Below, one piece after another: positions 45,001 through 52,985 of a stretch of 64,000 nucleotides of DNA. How positions within the stretch are numbered: the first letter of the stretch is position 1; the number at the start of each line of letters is the position of its first letter. The notes beneath the pieces are model-generated. The model saw nothing but the letters and a program-made list of their open reading frames with translations, was not told the DNA's origin and did no database searches. The stretch is from an uncultured bacterium (GTDB taxonomy: Bacteria; Patescibacteriota; Saccharimonadia; UBA4664): the NCBI GenBank assembly GCA_963720265.1, contig CAVRET010000002.1, forward strand, positions 520,704 through 584,703. The letters run 5' to 3'. The position numbers were made by a program, and so were the translations under genes.

Positions 45001-45028
45001 TTGAATTAATAACAATTAATTGTATAAT
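45001..45028 (+). promoter_or_regulatory. near-consensus sigma-70 promoter
   Basis: TTGAAT-16 nt-TATAAT in an AT-rich gap ~50 nt upstream of ATG 45079. Confidence 0.5.
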
Positions 45029-45078
45029 ATACAAACAGCGCAACTCACCAACCCACACGAGAGCAAGAGGGAGCCCTT

Positions 45079-45483
45079 ATGAAGAGGGTCAACGTGTACG
45101 TGCAGGGCGCGACCATCACAGCGGTGCTGGCGTTCATTTGCGGAATCCTCGCAGGGATTCTCGGCAGCGCCCGAATTGGCGCTGCGGTCGCACTCGGCAT
45201 CCTGCTTATCGGTCTCGGGTTCATCACCTACCGAGTATCGCAGGGGCTGCCGCCACACCATCTGTTCGTGCGGTACGGCCTGCTGGTGATCGTGTGCGCC
45301 GGCCCCATGGTCGGAAGTATCGCTGGTCGTGACGTCGCGGGCTCGGTGGTCGGGGCCGGCTGCATACTGGTCATCCTGGCCGTGCCGGTTTGGGCACTCG
45401 TGCCCGGGGCTTGCCGGATCAGCCCGGCCAATCCTGCAGCCGGCCAGCAGCCCACGTACACCACTACCAGCCGGCAGGCCTAA
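45079..45483 (+). CDS. membrane protein, unknown function (high-GC island)
   Basis: 4 TM helices. GAGGGAG Shine-Dalgarno upstream. Confidence 0.45.
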   Translation: MKRVNVYVQGATITAVLAFICGILAGILGSARIGAAVALGILLIGLGFITYRVSQGLPPHHLFVRYGLLVIVCAGPMVGSIAGRDVAGSVVGAGCILVILAVPVWALVPGACRISPANPAAGQQPTYTTTSRQA

Positions 45484-45556
45484 TCAACCTGGAGCTACCG
45501 CCGGACCGTCACGTCGAGCCGGCCCTGGACACACCCCGGGGCCGGCTCATCGCATG

Positions 45557-45935
45557 TTATTGTTTGGCCAGCAGTGTCTTGACCCGCTCAGCTACCTGCT
45601 TCGGGGTCATCTCGGCTTTCACAATGTAATCATCAGCCGTCAGTTTATATACGCGCGTGGCCGTCTCGGTATCGCCCATGTTGGTCAGCACAACCACCTT
45701 AGCATCCCGGCCGCCCGGCTGCGCCCGCAGTTTCGACAGCATATCAAGCCCATTCATGTTGGGCATCATCAAATCCAGCAAAATAATGTCGGGCTTAAAG
45801 CTCTCAATGAGCTCAAGCCCTGATGTGCCGTCCGGCGCCGTGGCTACCTCGTAGCCTTCGGCCTCAAACTTGGTCCGGTACATCTGCACAATCGCCATAT
45901 CATCCTCGATAATGGCAACTCTGATCTTGGCGCTC
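45557..45935 (-). CDS. stand-alone response-regulator receiver (CheY-like)
   Basis: VAIIEDD...ILLDLMMPNMNGLDM...VVVLTN... receiver-domain motifs with conserved Asp. Confidence 0.8.
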
Positions 45936-45949
45936 ATGGCCAAAGTATA

Positions 45950-46618
45950 CTACCGCACCGGCACGTCGTATATACGATCCAGGATTTCCTGAGCCGTCAG
46001 GTGAGTGCCGTCAAACGGCTTGCCAATGCCAATCCGAAACCGCCTCCCCAGCCGCGTTTTCTGCCACTCAATGTGAGCTGGCACCACCATCGCCTGGTGC
46101 GAGTGCGCCAGCACCTCCACACCGCTCCGCGTGCGCGCCTGCCCGCGAATCGTCCGCCGGCCCTCGGGGAAAATAAATACTGTCCGCCCCATTTTAAGCT
46201 GCTTCAGGCCATATTCCAGACCACTCGGCCACTTAGGCGTTGTGCGTGCCGGGAAGCACCCCAGCGCCATAATAAGCGTGCGCAGCCCTGGCACCATCAG
46301 TCCGTTTGCTGCAAAATAGCGCAGTGTGCCCATATGCTGCCACACTCCAAACGGAAACTGTGAGCAAACAATGAATGTGTCCGCAATTGACTGGTGATTA
46401 GACGCAATAATGTAACGCGAACCATGCACTACATCGGTGGTCTCAATCTGAATCCGCCGAGACCGTCGCATGGGGACTGCCAGGACCTTACAGAGCCAAT
46501 ATGCCGCTCGCACGTTAAAATGGATAAGCCGCTCGCCCGCAGGAGTCTCGAGCAGCCAAACCCTACGCCTCTCCCGCGTCTTTTCAGGAACTCGTCCAAA
46601 ATGTTCTACTGTAAGCAC
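45950..46618 (-). CDS. plsC: 1-acyl-sn-glycerol-3-phosphate acyltransferase
   Basis: NHQSIADTF (HX4D) and FPEGRRT motifs. Confidence 0.8.
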   Translation of the reverse strand: MLTVEHFGRVPEKTRERRRVWLLETPAGERLIHFNVRAAYWLCKVLAVPMRRSRRIQIETTDVVHGSRYIIASNHQSIADTFIVCSQFPFGVWQHMGTLRYFAANGLMVPGLRTLIMALGCFPARTTPKWPSGLEYGLKQLKMGRTVFIFPEGRRTIRGQARTRSGVEVLAHSHQAMVVPAHIEWQKTRLGRRFRIGIGKPFDGTHLTAQEILDRIYDVPVR

Positions 46619-46681
46619 GTGTGTCAGCCGTTACAGAAAAATCTTGCATAAATGATACCATAATGATATAAAGAAGTCAAC

Positions 46682-47419
46682 ATGAATCTGACGATAAAAG
46701 AGCTCTCCAAAGCTGTATCCTACGCAGCGATGTTACAAAAGAACCGGGCTGACGTTCGCTCCGGCATTGTTACCGAAGCACAAGCCCTGAAAAAAGCCAA
46801 GCAACTTCATGCAAAGGTTTTTCTCTCACGCGGGTATATCACTGATGCAGATTTAACGACCGAAGGGACCATTGACACAAATGAAGACCCGTATCAGGAG
46901 CACTCGGAGTATTTTGTAGTTGAACGACTGATTGATAGTGAGTGGCGTATCCAGGCTGTCGCCCGACTCATTCATTTCCATCCTGAAAAACAAGACAGCT
47001 CGTTCCAGACGCTAGTGCACCAGGATGTGAACAAAGAAAGCCGTGAGTTAATTCAGCTTGTTGGGCTTGAAAATTGTTTTGAAGTTTCCGGGCTTGTTAA
47101 GGAAACAGGAGAGAGTACGTTAGCGGTCATGTTTCTATATCGAGAAATGTGGCAATATGCCCTCATGAATGGACAAAAATTATGGCTCATGTCATGTGAC
47201 GCTGGGCTGTACAAACGGCTAAGTTTTCTATTCGGAAATGCCTTTCAGCAAATCGGCAAAAAGTCCTTCTTTAAAGGGCACGATGTCATACCTGCGCTAC
47301 TCGACATCAGAGGCTCGATCAGCGTGTTCACTGGCAAAACCAAAAGCCGAAATCCTGCAACAAAGTTGCTGCAACACCGGCTTGCAAATTTTTTCCTTAG
47401 CGGCCTGCCAACAGAATAA
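46682..47419 (+). CDS. GNAT-fold N-acyltransferase resembling LuxI autoinducer synthases / N-acyl amino acid synthases (putative)
   Basis: Conserved-block order AKVFLSRGY...D.NED.Y...EYFVVER...IQAVARLI is similar to the LuxI/FeeM layout. By-eye call only. Confidence 0.3.
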   Translation: MNLTIKELSKAVSYAAMLQKNRADVRSGIVTEAQALKKAKQLHAKVFLSRGYITDADLTTEGTIDTNEDPYQEHSEYFVVERLIDSEWRIQAVARLIHFHPEKQDSSFQTLVHQDVNKESRELIQLVGLENCFEVSGLVKETGESTLAVMFLYREMWQYALMNGQKLWLMSCDAGLYKRLSFLFGNAFQQIGKKSFFKGHDVIPALLDIRGSISVFTGKTKSRNPATKLLQHRLANFFLSGLPTE

Positions 47420-47453
47420 GCCGACCGCTGATTAATCATGCTAGCATTAGCTT

Positions 47454-49628
47454 ATGTTAAGCATAAGGTTTATAGGGCTGACCCTTGTTGCGATCGTGTC
47501 AGTCATGATCGGCGCTATTACCCTTATAAGCAATAAAAAAGCCTACTCAAGCAGAGTGTTTGCCGCTCTCAGCAGTATTAGCGGCACCTATGTACTCGTT
47601 AATTACCTGGCTGATCACGATCAAGCTCGCGGACTATTTTGGGTACGAGGCACTTTTTTCCTAGCAACGTTTATGGTGCTTTTCTTGACACTGTTCCTAA
47701 ATCGGTTCCCGAGACGCAAGCTCCCAAGGCGCTGGGATGTCTGGCTGAGCTCAGTGGCGGTAATGATGGCCGTCTTATCGATATTGCCGGTATTTGTGCC
47801 TCGGGTAGTGCTTACGCCTGGAAGAACAAACGTTGTGCACGGTCCTCTGTATTCAGTTTTCCTTGTATTCCTTGCAGTTTACCTGGGAATAGCGATTTAC
47901 TGTGGCATTCGAGGTTTTCGAGAAGCTGAGCGTCTCGATCGTTTGCGGCTTAGATATGTGATCTTTGGCATATTCATAACGGCTTTTCTACTCATTCTGA
48001 CAAACGTTGTTCTGCCACTAATTCAGGGGCATGACACATATGCAGACCTGGGGTCATACTTTATCTTGATCTACGCCAGTTTCACCGCATACGCCATCAT
48101 CCGTCACCGCCTCTTCGATATCCGCACCGTCGTTGCTCGTTCGGTAGCCTACACCCTACTGCTCGCCACACTGGCCGCCTTCTACGTCGCCGCTGGGTTT
48201 GCCTTCACGAGCATATTTTCACCTAGCGACACGGCTTCAAAGACCCAACTCGTGCTCAATACCGCGCTCGCCCTCATTTTGGCATTTACCTTCCAGCCGC
48301 TGCGGCGGTTCTTTGAGCGGGTTACCGACCGCGTGTTTTATCGCGACCGCTACGACTCCCAAGTAGTCTTAAGCAGCTTCTCCAAAATCCTTGTCTCCGA
48401 ACTGGATCTCGACCGCATCTTAAAGCGCGCGCTGCAAGAATTATGCGAATCAGTGCACATCGAATTCGGCCAGCTTATCATCTTTAACCACGACCGTGTC
48501 TATCGTGTCGAGCACTACGGCCCGCTGCCCAAACGCCTCATGGTTGCCCCCGAGCTGGCGCGCCTGGGCCATGTCATGCTGGTGGCCGACGAGCTCGAGG
48601 GCGGCGAGCGTAAGACCCTGCTCGACCGCCACGGCATCCGGGTGGCGCTCAGCCTGCGCACCCGCGAAGAATTCGTCGGTTACCTCCTCTTGGGTGACAA
48701 ACTGTCCGGCGACATTTACTCCGGCCAGGACCTCAGGCTCCTCGAGATTATCGACAAAGAGCTCGCCGTGGCCATTCAAAACGCCAAGTCCTACGCCGAA
48801 ATCCGCGAATTTAACGTCACACTGCAAGCTCGCATTGAGCATGCCACCAACCGCCTGCGCGTCGCCAACCGTCACTTAAAGGAGCTCGACCGCGCCAAAG
48901 ACGAGTTCATTTCCATGGCCTCGCACCAGCTGCGAACCCCGCTCACTACCATCAAAGGCTACCTCTCAATGATGCTCGAAGGCGACGCCGGCCGCCTCAC
49001 CAAGCAGCAAAAGGAATTCGTGGATTACGCTTTTGGCGCCTCCGAACGTATGGTCAACCTGATTTCCGACCTGCTCAATGTTTCGCGCCTCAGCGCCGGA
49101 CGCTTCCTTATCCAAACCAAGCCCACCGATATGGTGGGGATGATCGACGAGGAAGTACACCAGCTTAAGCAGCACGCTGCCGCCAAGGGCCTCAAGCTTA
49201 TCTTCGAGCGTCCATCGCACCCTTTACCCCCGGCCCAAATCGACGACAACAAGACCCGCCAGGTCGTCATGAACTTCATCGACAACGCCATTTACTACAC
49301 CCAAACCGGCGAAGTGCGCGTTATCCTCACGCAGGACAGCGACCACGTGCGGCTCGAAGTGCACGACACCGGCATCGGTGTACCCGAAGCGGCTCGCAAA
49401 AAACTGTTCACCAAGTTTTTCCGTGCCGGCAACGCCCAGGACATCCGGCCCGACGGCACGGGCCTAGGCCTCTATCTTGCGAAACGCGTCATTCAAGACC
49501 AGGGTGGTACAATTATATTCAGTAGCGTGGAGGGTAAAGGATCGACCTTTGGGTTCGAACTACCCTTCAAGCCCCAACCTGTAATCCACAAGGACGAGCA
49601 TGACAGAGTCCACGCCCACACCCGGTAA
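47454..49628 (+). CDS. sensor histidine kinase with ~7-TM N-terminal domain, GAF-like region, HisKA and HATPase_c
   Basis: About seven hydrophobic helices in the first 270 aa. H-box MASHQLRTPLTTIKGY. N, G1 (DTGIGV), and G2 (GTGLGLYLAKR) boxes. Confidence 0.85.
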   Translation: MLSIRFIGLTLVAIVSVMIGAITLISNKKAYSSRVFAALSSISGTYVLVNYLADHDQARGLFWVRGTFFLATFMVLFLTLFLNRFPRRKLPRRWDVWLSSVAVMMAVLSILPVFVPRVVLTPGRTNVVHGPLYSVFLVFLAVYLGIAIYCGIRGFREAERLDRLRLRYVIFGIFITAFLLILTNVVLPLIQGHDTYADLGSYFILIYASFTAYAIIRHRLFDIRTVVARSVAYTLLLATLAAFYVAAGFAFTSIFSPSDTASKTQLVLNTALALILAFTFQPLRRFFERVTDRVFYRDRYDSQVVLSSFSKILVSELDLDRILKRALQELCESVHIEFGQLIIFNHDRVYRVEHYGPLPKRLMVAPELARLGHVMLVADELEGGERKTLLDRHGIRVALSLRTREEFVGYLLLGDKLSGDIYSGQDLRLLEIIDKELAVAIQNAKSYAEIREFNVTLQARIEHATNRLRVANRHLKELDRAKDEFISMASHQLRTPLTTIKGYLSMMLEGDAGRLTKQQKEFVDYAFGASERMVNLISDLLNVSRLSAGRFLIQTKPTDMVGMIDEEVHQLKQHAAAKGLKLIFERPSHPLPPAQIDDNKTRQVVMNFIDNAIYYTQTGEVRVILTQDSDHVRLEVHDTGIGVPEAARKKLFTKFFRAGNAQDIRPDGTGLGLYLAKRVIQDQGGTIIFSSVEGKGSTFGFELPFKPQPVIHKDEHDRVHAHTR

Positions 49629-50001
49629 AACCATCCTGATCGCCGAAGATGATCCGTTCATTTCGCGTATGTATCAAATCAAGCTGGAAGGCGCCGGCCT
49701 GCGCGTGATCGTGAAAAACAACGGTCGCGACGCTTATGAGGCCATCAAGGCTGAGCACCCGAACCTGGTCATGCTTGATATTAATATGCCCGAACTTTCC
49801 GGCCTCGAGGTACTGTCGGCTTTGCAAAGCGACGGCTACGACCTCGGTGCCATGCCCGTGATTGTACTCACCAATTCATCTGATATGGCCGACCGTAAAC
49901 GAGCCCAAGAGCTCGGCGCGGAATACGTGGTAAAGGCCGACCTTACGCCCCGCCAAGTGCTTGATATGATTAGCTCCAAACTCGGCGATGCTCCGGCTTG
50001 A
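49600..50001 (+). CDS. stand-alone response-regulator receiver (CheY-like)
   Basis: ILIAEDD...VMLDINMPELSGLEV...VIVLTN. Overlaps the kinase 3' end by 29 nt. Confidence 0.8.
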   Translation: MTESTPTPGKTILIAEDDPFISRMYQIKLEGAGLRVIVKNNGRDAYEAIKAEHPNLVMLDINMPELSGLEVLSALQSDGYDLGAMPVIVLTNSSDMADRKRAQELGAEYVVKADLTPRQVLDMISSKLGDAPA

Positions 50002-50169
50002 GCCCCTGATTGCTGCCGTCCTCGCGTTTGTAGCTGTATTCGTGGTTTTGCGTGCGGCCGAGTGGCTCTACCACCGCCTCCGTCACACCAAAGACTGGTC
50101 TCCGCACTGGGGATCGTGGTTGTTTGCGCTGCTGGCTGCGGCCTTTATGCTCATTAATGAGCTCGGCCG

Positions 50170-50670
50170 CTAGGACGACAAGTCGGCCTGCGCCTTAACT
50201 TCGCGCCGGTGCCGCTGCCATTCCATATACGTCAGCGTGGTTACAAGCAGGTCGAACAGCGTCAGCCCCACCAACAGCATCGAATGGTTAGCGGCGATCA
50301 AATAGCTCTGGTACACGATGAATACCACCAAAAATGCCATCGCATAGGGATAGGCGCGATAGTATCGCTTCAGCAGTGCGACGGCGAGCGCGATCTTGAT
50401 ACAGCCGTGTGCCAGTAAGTATATGGCCGCAAATAGTGCCACATGTACGTCCACTTTCTGGTCAAGCGTTAGCACAAAATGAGCAATAAAGGCGTGCTTG
50501 TCCTCCTGGATCTCATTCGTGGCCAAGGTCGCGATCACGCCCTTGATTTGCGTGGCTGGCACTACGAGCAAAATCAGGCCGGAAAGCGTCTCCACGATCC
50601 CATCAAGCCCCTTAATGGCCGCAGCCACCCGAAACCAACGGTCGAGGCGTGTGGGCGAAGGAGAACTCAT
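50170..50670 (-). CDS. DUF2127-family membrane protein
   Basis: 4 TM helices. The RWFRVAAAIKGLDGIVETLSGLILL N-terminal motif is characteristic of DUF2127. Confidence 0.5.
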   Translation of the reverse strand: MSSPSPTRLDRWFRVAAAIKGLDGIVETLSGLILLVVPATQIKGVIATLATNEIQEDKHAFIAHFVLTLDQKVDVHVALFAAIYLLAHGCIKIALAVALLKRYYRAYPYAMAFLVVFIVYQSYLIAANHSMLLVGLTLFDLLVTTLTYMEWQRHRREVKAQADLSS

Positions 50671-50803
50671 ACTATTATTATGCCGGAATTTACAGTCGCT
50701 CGCGACCGCGCCAGGCATCGCCGCCGAGTATCCCCACTGACTAGGGAAAAGAGGGGATAAACCTCAGGGAAAAATCACCAAAATGTGCTAATGTCTGGAT
50801 ATC

Positions 50804-52132
50804 ATGCCCTTGCCCCAACGTCGCCAGGCCGTTCCACCTGATCCTCTGGCACAGTATCAATCAAGCATCAATCGCGCCGCCGTGGCTGCAGGCCCGTCTC
50901 GGGCCAGGTGGTCGCGTAACGGTGGTACCGTCCATCACCAGCCGGCCAAGCCCATGCGCCCGCCACGCAATCGCGGCCGCATCATCCGCCGCAGCCTGCT
51001 TGGCCTATTTGGACTTATTATCATAAGCGGCGTCATTTTTATCTTTACCGCCGGCCACGGCAAATTCAGCCTGGCCAGCCTGCTCGGATCAGCCGCCGAG
51101 ACCTTTTTGGGGCATGGTCCGGCCATTGCCGGCCAAACCACCGGCCGTACCAATTTCCTCATCTATGGCATGACCGAGGACGGCCTGCGCACCGATTCCA
51201 TCATGCTGGTCTCGTATTACTGGCAACAGAAAAAAATCGTTACCCTCAACATTCCCCGCGACCTCTACGTTTACGACGGCTATGAGAACGACAAAATGGG
51301 CGAAGTTTACGCCTATGCCAAGGCCCGCGAACCCAAAAATCCAAGTTACCCGGACCAATACGTAGCCCAGGTTATTTCGAAGGAGTACAACATCCCCATC
51401 AATTACTGGGTTCAATTCAACATGCAAGGCGAAGTGGATTTCGTAAACGCCCTCGGTGGCATTAACATCGACGTGCCTGATTCATTCACCGACTGCGAGT
51501 ATCCCACCTGGGATTACTCCGGCTATGTGCGGCCGTGCCCCAGCTTTACCGCCGGTGAGCAACACATGAACGGCGCAACCACCCTCATTTACTCCCGTAG
51601 CCGGCACGCTACGCAAAATGGCGAAGGCTCGGATTTTGCCCGCTCCAAGCGCCAACAGCTCGTCATCGAAGCGGTTATGGTAAAGCTCAAGAGCATGGGG
51701 GTGGTCGGCAACCTAACCGAAGTTTCGCACTATCTCAATATTTTGGGCGACAATCTCACTACCAATATGTCCACGTCCGAGATGGTGAGTTTTGCGACCG
51801 AGCTTAAAAATATTAGCCCGCAAACCGACTACGTCCGGGCGGCCTGGGAGACGGGCAACGGCTTCTTGTGCGACAGCTCAACCACCAGCGGCGAATACAT
51901 TACCCTCTACGGTCTCAGCGACACGTGTACACTCGGCACGAGCGGTATCGGCGCCGGTGGCTACCATGATTCCGAAGCCCGCGAGCTGGCGATCTACTTC
52001 GTCCAGCACCTGCTCTCAAGCGGACCCATGACGCCGGTCAATTTTGTCACCACGGCCGAAACCGCGCTTGGCTACACGCAGAACGCATCATCTTCGTCAT
52101 CCGCAACATCCACCTCCTCGGGCACGCAATAA
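50804..52132 (+). CDS. LCP family (LytR-CpsA-Psr) cell-envelope phosphotransferase
   Basis: TM anchor followed by NFLIYGMTEDGLRTDSIMLVSYY...LNIPRDLYV, which matches the LCP core. Confidence 0.8.
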   Translation: MPLPQRRQAVPPDPLAQYQSSINRAAVAAGPSRARWSRNGGTVHHQPAKPMRPPRNRGRIIRRSLLGLFGLIIISGVIFIFTAGHGKFSLASLLGSAAETFLGHGPAIAGQTTGRTNFLIYGMTEDGLRTDSIMLVSYYWQQKKIVTLNIPRDLYVYDGYENDKMGEVYAYAKAREPKNPSYPDQYVAQVISKEYNIPINYWVQFNMQGEVDFVNALGGINIDVPDSFTDCEYPTWDYSGYVRPCPSFTAGEQHMNGATTLIYSRSRHATQNGEGSDFARSKRQQLVIEAVMVKLKSMGVVGNLTEVSHYLNILGDNLTTNMSTSEMVSFATELKNISPQTDYVRAAWETGNGFLCDSSTTSGEYITLYGLSDTCTLGTSGIGAGGYHDSEARELAIYFVQHLLSSGPMTPVNFVTTAETALGYTQNASSSSSATSTSSGTQ

Positions 52133-52169
52133 ACCCGTATACTGAGAATCAAACGAGGAGGGCTCAAGT

Positions 52170-52592
52170 ATGCACAAGATAATTGCAGTTGCCGTTATCA
52201 TTTTGGCTTTTTGTGTGGCCGCGGCTGGTGGCCTATACATCTTTACGCACAAGGCCGCCGGGCCCGTCGCTACGCCCAGGCCAAGCATGAATATGCCGAC
52301 ACCATCGGGCCAAAGCAGCTCAAGTACGCCGGTTGCCACATCGAGCGTAAGTATTCAAAATTATGCCTTCAGCCCGGCCGCTGTTACGGTCAAGAAGGGC
52401 GCCACCGTAACCTGGACCAACAAAGACACGGTCGGCCACACAGTGACCGAATCCGACGGTCAGTCGGGCCCGTCCAGCAGCACGCTTAACCAAGGCCAAA
52501 GCTATAGCTATACCTTTGGCACCGCCGGCACATTTCATTACAAATGCACCATCCACCCCTACATGACCGGCACGGTCACTGTTACGGACTAG
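52170..52592 (+). CDS. cupredoxin (blue copper protein, plastocyanin/amicyanin-like), membrane-anchored
   Basis: N-terminal TM. Type-1 Cu ligands in ...GHTVTE... and YKCTIHPYMTGTV (Cys-x2-His-x2-Met). Confidence 0.7.
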   Translation: MHKIIAVAVIILAFCVAAAGGLYIFTHKAAGPVATPRPSMNMPTPSGQSSSSTPVATSSVSIQNYAFSPAAVTVKKGATVTWTNKDTVGHTVTESDGQSGPSSSTLNQGQSYSYTFGTAGTFHYKCTIHPYMTGTVTVTD

Positions 52593-52978
52593 GACAGAAC
52601 GGCCAGCGCAGCCGCCGCGAACAAAATTGCCACATCCCGAAAAACAATGTCCAGCGCTGACAGATTTGTGAGCATAATGCCAAGCACAGTCACGCCCATC
52701 AGCGCTGCCGCGTACCGTCCGAGTCGCCCGGTCAGAATCCACAGCGCCAACACGAGCTGGTAAAAGGCAAAAAACTTAAGCGCAAGCGTCGCCGGCACTA
52801 CGCGCGTCACGGCGGCCGGCACGTAGCCGGCCCAATGGTCTGGTTGCAAGGTCGAACCAATCGTTGCATACAGCAACACCAAAGCCAAGCCAATTCTCAG
52901 CAACCACACAGCCCAGACTATTCTCTTCGTGCTTACGCTTGCCATTACTCGCAAGTATAGCGCAACCGGTGATACCAT
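52589..52978 (-). CDS. DoxX-family membrane protein
   Basis: 4 TM helices with a DoxX-like length and pattern. Start chosen to avoid overlapping the divergent gene. Confidence 0.45.
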   Translation of the reverse strand: MVSPVALYLRVMASVSTKRIVWAVWLLRIGLALVLLYATIGSTLQPDHWAGYVPAAVTRVVPATLALKFFAFYQLVLALWILTGRLGRYAAALMGVTVLGIMLTNLSALDIVFRDVAILFAAAALAVLS

Positions 52979-52985
52979 AAATGAT

